From Gammaproteobacteria bacterium (GTDB taxonomy: Bacteria > Pseudomonadota > Gammaproteobacteria > S012-40): 64,000 bases of DNA. This document shows positions 44,326 to 52,949 of this stretch, piece by piece. The position numbers were made by a program, and so were the translations under genes. Under the pieces are notes generated by a model that was not told where the DNA came from, did not search any database, and saw nothing but the letters and a program-made list of their open reading frames with translations. Every line of letters begins with the position of its first letter. The stretch's first letter is position 1. The DNA lies in assembly GCA_029881255.1 (NCBI GenBank), contig JAOUMY010000010.1:7319-71318 (forward strand), in the 5' to 3' direction.

Positions 44326-45606
44326 ATGTATTTTAGGGCTAGCATGCTCGCCATGATGCTAACAGGGATGTTTGGGTTTGCCAGTGCCCAGGGGTCAGAA
44401 GACCCGGATTACTTCCGCCTGGGCATAGACGCGTTCAAAAACAAGCAATATGCGCAGGCGATCGAACTGATGCGACTTGCGCGTGAATCAGGTGTTGATG
44501 ACGAAATCTTGGCCTTCAATCTCGGCTCCGCCTTATACCGTTTGCAGGACTATCCGTCTGCGCTCGACGAATTCTCACGTATTTCGACAAACTCCCCTCT
44601 ATTTCCTCGCGTTGAATTCAATCTGGCGTTGATCGCTGTAAAACGTGACAAACTGGATGAGGCGCGTGAGATATTTGTGCGCCTTGAGTCGCAAAACTTA
44701 CCGACACTTTCAGCGATGGCGAGAGAAATGATAATGCGTATTGACGGGGAGCAGAGTCAGTCTGTAGGAACGCATTATCTTTATGTTAGCGTCAGTGGCG
44801 GTATTGAAGATAAGACGCTAGAACCGGAAACAGGCACGCCGGGAGAAGAGACTAATGTGTTCTCCAATATATTGCTACTCGGGTCGACATCCATACTGCC
44901 ATCCCTTATTCGTCACGCCAGTGCCGAAGTCACGATGTTTGGTTTGGTGAACATGCGGCATCAAGAATACGATATCGATATGTTAAATGTGGATCTGGAG
45001 AAGTCCTTTCGCTTTTCAAACGTGTCATTAAAAATTGCACCAGGCGTTGGCGCTATGGGGATGGGCTACAAGCCGTATAGTGGAGACTTGCATATTGGAA
45101 CGGAAGCGAAAATTTCGATCGCAGATATCCTTGATATAAAACCAAGGTATAGTTTTTCGCGTATACAGCACATGTCGGACAATTCTGCGGTTTCCGGGAC
45201 TCAACAAAAAGTCGGTATTCAAACACAATCCGATTTGGAAGAAATACGGCTGCAAGCAGATGTCGTACTTGAGTCCAATAATCGTAATGATACTTCAGAC
45301 ACAACATATCGTATCTATTCACCGAAACGTATTACGGCCCAAGTTGATATTCAATTATTTCGCGAAAGACGGGCATCGCCGAAGTTTATGTTGGAATGGC
45401 GCATAAGTGACTATCCAGCAGTCTCTCACGAGAATCAGCGCAGAGACCAGCGAATCAGGTTCAGGAATGTATCAAATATAAAAATAAATCAGTGGTTAAC
45501 TGCAGTTGCCGATGTCTCGTACACAGAGAATAGCTCATCTCCAAAGACTTCTTTCTCATATAATAGATGGGAGTTTGTTCTCGGGCTCGAGGGAATGTAT
45601 TACTGA
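44326..45606 (+). CDS. Outer-membrane protein: N-terminal periplasmic TPR region + C-terminal beta-barrel (architecture like Slam/DUF560 surface-lipoprotein translocators)
   Basis: Signal MYFRASMLAMMLTGMFGFASA|QGS; ~130 aa of TPR-like helices (…YAQAIELMRLARESG…LGSALYRLQDYPSALDEF…); then ~290 aa of alternating-hydrophobic beta pattern ending …WEFVLGLEGMYY (terminal aromatic). Confidence 0.45.
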   Translation: MYFRASMLAMMLTGMFGFASAQGSEDPDYFRLGIDAFKNKQYAQAIELMRLARESGVDDEILAFNLGSALYRLQDYPSALDEFSRISTNSPLFPRVEFNLALIAVKRDKLDEAREIFVRLESQNLPTLSAMAREMIMRIDGEQSQSVGTHYLYVSVSGGIEDKTLEPETGTPGEETNVFSNILLLGSTSILPSLIRHASAEVTMFGLVNMRHQEYDIDMLNVDLEKSFRFSNVSLKIAPGVGAMGMGYKPYSGDLHIGTEAKISIADILDIKPRYSFSRIQHMSDNSAVSGTQQKVGIQTQSDLEEIRLQADVVLESNNRNDTSDTTYRIYSPKRITAQVDIQLFRERRASPKFMLEWRISDYPAVSHENQRRDQRIRFRNVSNIKINQWLTAVADVSYTENSSSPKTSFSYNRWEFVLGLEGMYY

Positions 45607-45611
45607 TTATT

Positions 45612-46964
45612 CTATGGTTCGCCGTGTTTGGTTTCCACCTGGATACCTATTTTTTTCAGGAAAGGTGTCGGTAATATACCCCCAGCGCTGACGATAACGG
45701 CTTGGTTTGGAATTTCCATGACTTCGCCTTCCTGTTCGATAACAACAGAGTCTTCTTTTATTTCTTTCACATTGGAATTGAGAAGTACGCTTAACCGTCC
45801 TTCGGCTTCCTGGGCAGCGACTTTTTCACGATTTTTTTCTGCCGCGCGACTAAAGGCATTGCTACGATAGGAGAGGGTGACGGTGCTTCCCTGTTCTTCT
45901 GCGATACTCGTTGCGGCTTCCAGCGCACTGTTACCACCACCCACCACCAGCACATGCATTCCCTTGTACTGTTCCGGGTCAATGAGGTTATATACGACTT
46001 TCGATTGTTGTTCTCCCGCGACGCCGAGCTTCCGTGGTGAGCCGCGTCGACCAATGGCAAGTAGTACCGCCTTAGTTTCGTATTCACCGTTGGTGCTTTT
46101 TACCAAATAGCCGCCACCGGGCAGAGGTGTAATATTTTCCATGCGCTCCTGGTAGTGGATCTGGACACCGGTTCTTTGCTCTACAGCGTTCCAAAACTCG
46201 AGCAAGGCTTCTTTGTGAGTCTGGTTTATTTTAATCTTTCCGACAATGGGTAACTCCATCGGCTGAGTCATAACCAGTTTACCGCGAGGAAAGTTAAAAA
46301 CGGTTCCGCCAAGAGAGTCCTGCTCGATCGTCACGTAGCGTAAGCCAGATTCGAGTGCGCCCAGGCTTGCAGAAAATCCCGCTGGACCTGCCCCCACGAT
46401 GACGACATCAATTTCCGGTCCGCTAACCGAAGGTAAATATTGCTTGATGTAATCCATTGCTTCTCGCCCCTGAGTCACGGCATTACGTATTAGTCCCATG
46501 CCGCCAAGTTCTCCCGCGATAAACAGGCCTTGCATATTGGTTTCGAAATTGGGCTTGAGTGTTGGGATCTCTACACCGCGTTTTTCTGTGCCAAAAACCA
46601 GAGTGATTGCATCAAGAGGACAGGCAGCTTTACACGCGCCGTGCCCTATGCAATGTGTGGGATTAATTAGTTTCGCTTTTTCTTCGATTAGCCCTAGCAC
46701 GCCACCTTCAGGGCAGGCGGTAACACAGGCTCCACAGCCTATGCATACATTGGGATCAATTATGGGATGTAGAGATGCGGGTTCCGTCAAACCGGCTTCT
46801 TGAACCTTGATATAGGTTTCCAGGCTTTGCTCACTGACGGTGTCACGGCCACGTTTATAGATATAAAAGATGATCGCGATGGGAACGCCGTAAATAAGCG
46901 CATCAACAACATAGGTAGTGAAGGTGGTCCAGATTATGGTGATGAAATCGAAAATTATCTGCAT
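45612..46964 (-). CDS. Membrane-anchored 2x[4Fe-4S] ferredoxin domain fused to FAD/NAD(P)-binding oxidoreductase (thioredoxin-reductase-like fold)
   Basis: N-terminal TM segment (MQIIFDFITIIWTTFTTYVVDALIYGVPIAIIFYIY). Two CxxCxxCxxxCP motifs (CIGCGACVTACP, CIGHGACKAACP). Dinucleotide-binding motifs VVIVGAGPAGFSASL and VLVVGGGNSALEAATSIA. ATG at 46964; track's TTG start at 47018 has no RBS. Confidence 0.65.
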   Translation of the reverse strand: MQIIFDFITIIWTTFTTYVVDALIYGVPIAIIFYIYKRGRDTVSEQSLETYIKVQEAGLTEPASLHPIIDPNVCIGCGACVTACPEGGVLGLIEEKAKLINPTHCIGHGACKAACPLDAITLVFGTEKRGVEIPTLKPNFETNMQGLFIAGELGGMGLIRNAVTQGREAMDYIKQYLPSVSGPEIDVVIVGAGPAGFSASLGALESGLRYVTIEQDSLGGTVFNFPRGKLVMTQPMELPIVGKIKINQTHKEALLEFWNAVEQRTGVQIHYQERMENITPLPGGGYLVKSTNGEYETKAVLLAIGRRGSPRKLGVAGEQQSKVVYNLIDPEQYKGMHVLVVGGGNSALEAATSIAEEQGSTVTLSYRSNAFSRAAEKNREKVAAQEAEGRLSVLLNSNVKEIKEDSVVIEQEGEVMEIPNQAVIVSAGGILPTPFLKKIGIQVETKHGEP

Positions 46965-47043
46965 ATAGGGATCAATATATAACCATTTGGCTTGGACATG
47001 GCGGACAAAGAAGTCCAAATGGAGTAATAACTGGTGCGACCTT

Positions 47044-47060
47044 GCAAATCATATATTTGC
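47044..47060. promoter_or_regulatory. Perfect palindrome GCAAAT-CATAT-ATTTGC in the divergent promoter region of the cytochrome locus (candidate operator)
   Basis: 6-bp arms with 5-bp spacer at 47044-47060, inside a 360-bp AT-rich intergenic region between the divergent oxidoreductase gene and the membrane-protein/cytochrome genes. Confidence 0.3.
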
Positions 47061-47382
47061 GTATCCGAAAAATTCCTTATGTCATGCCCGTTGTAAATTG
47101 TATCGGCTTTTTTCATCATAGAATCAAATAAAAAAACAATAATCTGCGTTTGTGGGGAGTCACTAACCTGCGTTGCCATTGGATATTCAATCCAGTCTAA
47201 ATCGATTCAATGCAACGTGTTACCTGCTGGCTCATCTAACTCATTGTTTTTAGTGTTCTTAATAATAAAGACTGTTGGACTGCTTTTTCAATCGAAAAAC
47301 GGATTCAAATTATTTACCGGGGGACCGATAAGAATATTAACCTCCTAATAATAATGAAAAAATACGCGGGAAGGGGACAGAC

Positions 47383-48378
47383 ATGGGAATACTTACAGAC
47401 TTGCCTGAAGCAGGCAAGATTTTGGCGCGTCTGAAATTTATAAGACGTAACGCAGGCAAGTCCGGATCGGGGGAAGGGCGAGCGAGTAGTGTTAAAGAGG
47501 ATGCGATACCTGAAACCGTGATACAGGAAGACAACAAAAAGTTTGGCCGTGAGGCGAAAATCGTTACCACAATATTTGCGGTGCTTGTCGCCGTACTATT
47601 GGTAACGTGGTATAGCTGGCGGGATGAGTATCTGATGAATGCTGAGGATCTGATCTATAACATGGGTCTGATCGGTGGCATCATGATGCTGTTGCAATTC
47701 GTCTATTCCATGCGCAAGCGTGTCGACAAGATGCGCCGTTGGGGCAATCTCCGTTTTTGGTTTCTGTTTCATACCTTCATTGGTTTGTCAGCGCCAACCA
47801 TCATTGTTATCCACAGCCGATTTAGTATTGAGTCCGTCAATGGAGGCGTCGCGTTTTTCTCGATGTTGCTAGTGGTGATTAGCGGTATCGTTGGGCGCTA
47901 CCTCTACAGCCAGGTCAACTTTGATCTAAAAACGGCGCGTCAGGAATTGAAGGAATTGCATCAAACCGTACATGCGGGCGTGTTACAGCACCATCCTGAT
48001 CAACTTCGCGAAATCGAGAATATGCTGAAGCTGTTTATGCTGCACGCATTCGCTAATTCGCACGGTGTGATTCATGCATTTTCTCGGGCGTTTGGGGTGA
48101 GTATCCGGTCTCGACAGTTGTACTGGGCGCTGATTCAGATGCGCCAGATGTCTGCCCCTGGACGAAACGATGGTGCAACGATGGCAATGGACGGAACGCC
48201 AGTGTTTGACAGGGAAGAGCGACGATTACTCAGGATTTATCTCAAGTCGCTGACAAAACTGGCCCGTTACAATGCTTTTAAACATCTGTTTAGTCTGTGG
48301 CGTATCGGACACGTGCCCGTCATCTATTTACTATTGATTACTGGTTTGGCACATGTATTAGCCGTGCACATGTATTGA
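47383..48378 (+). CDS. Integral membrane protein (5 TM), conserved His residues in TM3 and TM5; candidate b-type cytochrome/quinone-interacting subunit
   Basis: RBS GGGAAGGGGA before ATG. TM helices IVTTIFAVLVAVLLVTWY, LIYNMGLIGGIMMLLQFVY, FWFLFHTFIGLSAPTIIVIH, VAFFSMLLVVISGIVGRYLY, HVPVIYLLLITGLAHVLAVHMY. No Pfam-level assignment possible by eye. Confidence 0.5.
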   Translation: MGILTDLPEAGKILARLKFIRRNAGKSGSGEGRASSVKEDAIPETVIQEDNKKFGREAKIVTTIFAVLVAVLLVTWYSWRDEYLMNAEDLIYNMGLIGGIMMLLQFVYSMRKRVDKMRRWGNLRFWFLFHTFIGLSAPTIIVIHSRFSIESVNGGVAFFSMLLVVISGIVGRYLYSQVNFDLKTARQELKELHQTVHAGVLQHHPDQLREIENMLKLFMLHAFANSHGVIHAFSRAFGVSIRSRQLYWALIQMRQMSAPGRNDGATMAMDGTPVFDREERRLLRIYLKSLTKLARYNAFKHLFSLWRIGHVPVIYLLLITGLAHVLAVHMY

Positions 48379-48391
48379 ACAGGAGACATTA

Positions 48392-49966
48392 TTGGGGCTT
48401 GCGCGTTATTACGGGATTCTGGCGTTAATGTTTACTCTCTTTACATGGCATGGTCAGGCAATGGCCGGTCCAATGGACCGCTTCGAACGCATGGTTATGC
48501 CGGGTAAACTGAGTACGGGGCACGTCAAGTACGAAAAAGACTGCAACAACTGCCATAAACCTTTCGAAAAAGGGGCGCAAAGCGACCTCTGTCTTGATTG
48601 CCACAAGAAGGTCAATAAAGACGTTGTTGATAAAAAGGGTTTTCATGGTCGCGTCCCCAATATCGATACCCGAAAATGTAGTGATTGTCATAAAGAACAT
48701 CGTGGCAGGGATGCCGACATCGTAGCGTTTGATCGCGATACCTTCGATCATGATCGTTCAGACTTTAAGTTAAAAGGTTCTCACACCCGTTTAGGTTGTG
48801 TGAATTGCCATGATCCTAAAACGAAATACCGGGATGCAGGACAGGGATGTGTAGATTGTCATAAGACTGACGATGCCCACGAAAAGCGCTTGGGCGAAAA
48901 ATGCGGCAATTGTCATATTGAAACCGTTTGGGGTGAAGCGCATTACGATCACGACAAAACCAAATTCAAACTGGAGGCAAATCACAAACATGTTGCCTGT
49001 ATCGACTGCCATCCCAACCAGCGATACGAAGAAACACCGAAGGGTTGTTACACATGTCACCAGCTACGCGATGTCCATGAAGGGAATAATGGTAAGAAGT
49101 GTGAGTCCTGCCATAATGCCTATTTCTGGAACGAGATCAAATTTGATCACAATAAAGATACCAAGTATGAACTCGAAGGACGGCATGTTACTGTCGATTG
49201 CCAGTCATGTCATCGCGGCGACGTTTACAAGAAAATTGGCAAGGAGTGTATTAAGTGCCATAAGAAAGAGGATGCCCATCGGGGGTTGTTTGGCGAAAAG
49301 TGCCATGATTGCCATATTTCTCGCTCCTGGTCTAGAGCGACCTTTAATCACAATAAAGACACCAAGTTTGAATTGATTGGTGCACATCGTAAGGTTGATT
49401 GCGTCGCGTGTCATCGTGCGGACGTTTATGCCGATTTGAAAAAAGATTGCTATGCCTGTCACCGTAAGAATGATGTGCACGAAGGGCAGGAAGGAAAGGA
49501 TTGTAAGCATTGTCACAATGAAAAGGGTTGGACTAGTGAAGTGTTTTTCGATCATGATCTGACACGTTTCCCACTGCTAGACAGTCATGCGGTAACTGCA
49601 TGCGAGGAATGTCATTTAACGCCCGCGTTTAAGGATACCGATACCCAATGTTTTTCATGCCACAAAAAGGATGATGAAAAAATACACAAGTTGCGTTTGG
49701 GTGAGAACTGTAGTCTGTGTCATAACTCTAATGACTGGAAGAAATGGTTTTTTGATCACGACAAACAAACAGATTATAAATTGACAGGCGGGCACAAAGG
49801 GCTGGATTGTCATGCCTGTCATACCAAACCTGTAAAGAAAGAAATCAAGCTGAGTGATAAGTGCGTGGATTGTCATGAGCAGGATGACTACCACCACGGA
49901 GCCTTTGGTCGTGAATGCGCCAGATGCCACATAACAGAATCCTTTAAGAAAGTGATTATGAATTGA
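48392..49966 (+). CDS. Periplasmic multiheme cytochrome c, 21 CxxCH motifs arranged as seven tandem c7-type triheme modules
   Basis: Signal MGLARYYGILALMFTLFTWHGQAMA|GP. 21 CxxCH counted. Recurrent module FDH(D/N)K(T/D)xF(K/E)LxGxHxxVxCxxCH … CxxCH…D(A/V)H…G…CxxCH resembles Geobacter PpcA/c7 and the GSU1996-type c7 polymer. Confidence 0.85.
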   Translation: MGLARYYGILALMFTLFTWHGQAMAGPMDRFERMVMPGKLSTGHVKYEKDCNNCHKPFEKGAQSDLCLDCHKKVNKDVVDKKGFHGRVPNIDTRKCSDCHKEHRGRDADIVAFDRDTFDHDRSDFKLKGSHTRLGCVNCHDPKTKYRDAGQGCVDCHKTDDAHEKRLGEKCGNCHIETVWGEAHYDHDKTKFKLEANHKHVACIDCHPNQRYEETPKGCYTCHQLRDVHEGNNGKKCESCHNAYFWNEIKFDHNKDTKYELEGRHVTVDCQSCHRGDVYKKIGKECIKCHKKEDAHRGLFGEKCHDCHISRSWSRATFNHNKDTKFELIGAHRKVDCVACHRADVYADLKKDCYACHRKNDVHEGQEGKDCKHCHNEKGWTSEVFFDHDLTRFPLLDSHAVTACEECHLTPAFKDTDTQCFSCHKKDDEKIHKLRLGENCSLCHNSNDWKKWFFDHDKQTDYKLTGGHKGLDCHACHTKPVKKEIKLSDKCVDCHEQDDYHHGAFGRECARCHITESFKKVIMN

Positions 49967-52242
49967 TGTTGTCGATACGGAAAATTTATATCGTCATGTG
50001 TGTATTGCTTGCTGGACTGGGTCCAGTGCCAGTTTACGCAAGTACGATATTGACATCGGTGGATTACTCAAGTGACGAAAACTCCATCTATATCAAAGCG
50101 AATTTTGGCGACATCGTGAACTATGAAAAACACTTTCCGCGCAGCCGTGGGAAAATAATTCAAATTCAGATCAGCATGCCAGGTAAGGTTTTTACTGAAA
50201 CACAATTAAAGCGTCGAGAAACCATTGAGCCGGATGAAAATGCACCATCGGTGATACGTGACATCATATACGAAGGAAACGTTAGAGGTGGTCCGTATCT
50301 GGTTTTACGGTTTTCCTCTGTGGTGACGTTTAAACTCGACGAAAGCAAGGGCTCCAAGGTATTGACGGTAACAATTGATCGCAAAGAGCTCGAGGCGTTA
50401 CAGACGCCAGCTGTAACACAGCAGCCAAGCACGGATGTTAGTGAAGAAGAAAGTCGTGCAACCAGTCTAATGGATCAGGGGCGCAGAGCCTTAACTATGG
50501 GACAGAACAGTGAAGCCATTCTTTTCTTCAGTGACATACTGGGCATGCCGGAAAGTCGTTTTACGCAGGATGCCCGTGAGTATCTTGGATTGGCGCGTGA
50601 GCGAAATGGGCAATTGGATCTCGCAAAAAAGGAATATGAAGCCTATCTCAAAAGTTACGAAAAGAGTCCAAAGGCTAACACCGTCAGGCAGCGCTTGATG
50701 ACGCTAGAGGCGCGTATCGTACAGATGGAACGCCGGCTGAAGGACGGTAAGCGAACCGGAACCACTTCAGTTGCTGCGGCTAGACCTGCAGATTTATTTG
50801 GCCGCGTGGCTATTCAATCGTATAACGCAGGGCTGCGAAAAGAGGGTGAATCAACACCCGATTACGCTCAAGGGCGTATTCTGGCATTTACCGATCTCAA
50901 TCAGCGTTGGCGTGACAAGGACAAAGATGCGCGACTTAGTTTTAGCGGAACCATGGATTACGATCTAATCCGTTCTCGTTCCTCGTCAACAACATTGCAG
51001 GACACAGAAAAGCCCCGATACGAAGCACGTATACGCTCCCTATTCGGTGAATACAAAGGGCGAACAAATAATATACACGGCAGTTTCGGGCGTCAGTCTG
51101 TTAACAGTGGTGGTGTACTCGGTCGTTTCGACGGCGCGATGTTGGGGTATCAACTCAAGAATAAACTATCCGTTTATGGTGTTGTCGGTTTGCCGGTCGA
51201 CTATGAAGACAATCTCACCCCGCAAACCAATAAGCCCATGTTCGGCGGACGCCTAGACGTCAATGAGATCGCTAAGTATTGGAAGGCGTCGGTCTACGGT
51301 ATTCAGCAACAAGTTGATGGTATTCTCGAAAGACGGGCCGTCGGTGGAGATTTGCGCTATTTCTTCGAGAACAAGGTTTTTTACTCGCTGGTGGATTACG
51401 ATGCTTCATATGGAGTCTGGAATTTTCTCACTGGGCACTATGGCTGGCAGGTGAACAAGCGCCTGAAACTGGATGTGCATGCAGACCGGCGTCGTTCTCC
51501 TGTGATGTTGACAAGCAATGCGTTGCGTCGGCTTTCGGTTTTAACCAGTGCTTCAGATAAGAATAAAGCCATGGGAGAACTAGATATATCCGACGAGGCT
51601 GTATTCAACAGACTGACCAATGAGTCAACAATTAAAGATCTTCTAGACGCCAAAGTTTCCGAAGCGACTATCCGACAACTGGCGCTTGATCAAACCGGAG
51701 AATCGTCGTTATATACGGTAGGCATGAACTACGAACTTCGCAAAGATATCAGCCTTATCGCAAATCTCACTATATCAAGTTATGAGGCTGGTAAAGCGCA
51801 AGATATAGATGCTACTGAGGAAATGCCTGAGGAACCCGATCCTAAAGCGATCATTGAATCCCCGTTTTTAAAGGGCGATGTTGATATGATAGGTTCTGTC
51901 CAATTGGTGCGGCGCAATATGTACCGCGAGCGGGACGTCGTGCTTGCCGGATTGAGTTTTTCCATTAACGAACGCAATAAGCGTTATACCGGTAATGTCG
52001 CATTGCGCACACCTTATAAAGAAAAGTGGTGGTTGGATTTGCGTGGACGGGCGATCTATTCAGACAACATTGAACATGGTACTCAGGCGCTTAAGGTCTC
52101 GCCCACGGCGCGTACAGAATACCGCTATGACCGCCGCCTGACCTTTGAGTTGGAGGTGGGGGCGGACTATACCCGATCTACCGGTGCTAACGAGGATTTG
52201 TTTTGGTTTTTTGGCAATGCCGGCTTTCGCTACATGTTCTAA
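49966..52242 (+). CDS. Large outer-membrane beta-barrel (porin component of a porin-cytochrome conduit, MtrB/PioB-like role) with N-terminal soluble domain and TPR-like segment
   Basis: ATG overlaps cytochrome stop (TGATG). Signal MLSIRKIYIVMCVLLAGLGPVPVYA|ST. An N-terminal ~110-aa domain; an alpha-helical TPR-like stretch (…EAILFFSDILGMPESRFTQDAREYLGLARERNGQLDLAKKEYEAYLKSY…); then >450 aa of amphipathic beta-strand pattern ending …FGNAGFRYMF (C-terminal Phe). Confidence 0.6.
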   Translation: MLSIRKIYIVMCVLLAGLGPVPVYASTILTSVDYSSDENSIYIKANFGDIVNYEKHFPRSRGKIIQIQISMPGKVFTETQLKRRETIEPDENAPSVIRDIIYEGNVRGGPYLVLRFSSVVTFKLDESKGSKVLTVTIDRKELEALQTPAVTQQPSTDVSEEESRATSLMDQGRRALTMGQNSEAILFFSDILGMPESRFTQDAREYLGLARERNGQLDLAKKEYEAYLKSYEKSPKANTVRQRLMTLEARIVQMERRLKDGKRTGTTSVAAARPADLFGRVAIQSYNAGLRKEGESTPDYAQGRILAFTDLNQRWRDKDKDARLSFSGTMDYDLIRSRSSSTTLQDTEKPRYEARIRSLFGEYKGRTNNIHGSFGRQSVNSGGVLGRFDGAMLGYQLKNKLSVYGVVGLPVDYEDNLTPQTNKPMFGGRLDVNEIAKYWKASVYGIQQQVDGILERRAVGGDLRYFFENKVFYSLVDYDASYGVWNFLTGHYGWQVNKRLKLDVHADRRRSPVMLTSNALRRLSVLTSASDKNKAMGELDISDEAVFNRLTNESTIKDLLDAKVSEATIRQLALDQTGESSLYTVGMNYELRKDISLIANLTISSYEAGKAQDIDATEEMPEEPDPKAIIESPFLKGDVDMIGSVQLVRRNMYRERDVVLAGLSFSINERNKRYTGNVALRTPYKEKWWLDLRGRAIYSDNIEHGTQALKVSPTARTEYRYDRRLTFELEVGADYTRSTGANEDLFWFFGNAGFRYMF

Positions 52243-52284
52243 GCAGGACTATAATTTGGCTAAAACAGGTCGATAATTACAGTT

Positions 52285-52734
52285 ATGAATAGCGGATTTC
52301 TTAATTGGAAGAACATCATACTGGGTACGATAGCCATTCTGACTGTCGTGTCCGGTGTAAAAATGATGCAGACTCCGTCCAATATCCTGGCTGATGTGCT
52401 GGTGGCCGAACACCGAGGCAGCCTGGAGTTACAAATCAAGTTTAATATCCCTGTTCGTTATGAGGATCATACGCCCAAAAACTCCGGGCATATTGTCCAG
52501 ATCAAGGTGCGTCCGGTCAGTTTTAGCGATACAGGTAAGAACGAATACTTGGGCAGCGAAACGATTCTGCCTGGCTTTGCGGCACAGGTACCGATTACTG
52601 ATGTCGCCTATGAAGGCGCTGTGCCTGGCGGCCCTCTACTTACCCTGCGTTTTAGCAAGCCTGTGACGTTTACTGTTACAGAAGATGCTGATTTCTCAAG
52701 TATTATCCTTCATCTTCGACGAAGCGACAGCTAA
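52285..52734 (+). CDS. Small membrane-anchored protein paralogous to the N-terminal domain of the upstream beta-barrel
   Basis: N-terminal TM/signal anchor (NIILGTIAILTVVSGV). Residues 35-149 align with barrel residues ~30-140 (shared …I.QI…ETI.P…I.D..YEG.V.GGP.L.LRFS..VTF…E… pattern). Confidence 0.5.
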   Translation: MNSGFLNWKNIILGTIAILTVVSGVKMMQTPSNILADVLVAEHRGSLELQIKFNIPVRYEDHTPKNSGHIVQIKVRPVSFSDTGKNEYLGSETILPGFAAQVPITDVAYEGAVPGGPLLTLRFSKPVTFTVTEDADFSSIILHLRRSDS

Positions 52735-52949
52735 CGCCTTCGGTCTCATTTCTCAGTGTACTACTTGGTTTTAATATGTGATTAACCTCACCTCTCTATC
52801 CTTGTCGGTTGCTGTTCCCTGATTGGTTTTCAACGCTTTGGTGGGTGGGGTGAACAGCAAGACATGTCATCAACTGCGCTTTGGTGGGAGCAGAAAGTGA
52901 TGCCACGATTCGAAAACCATAGGCCTGTATACAAGACTGAAGTGAAGAC

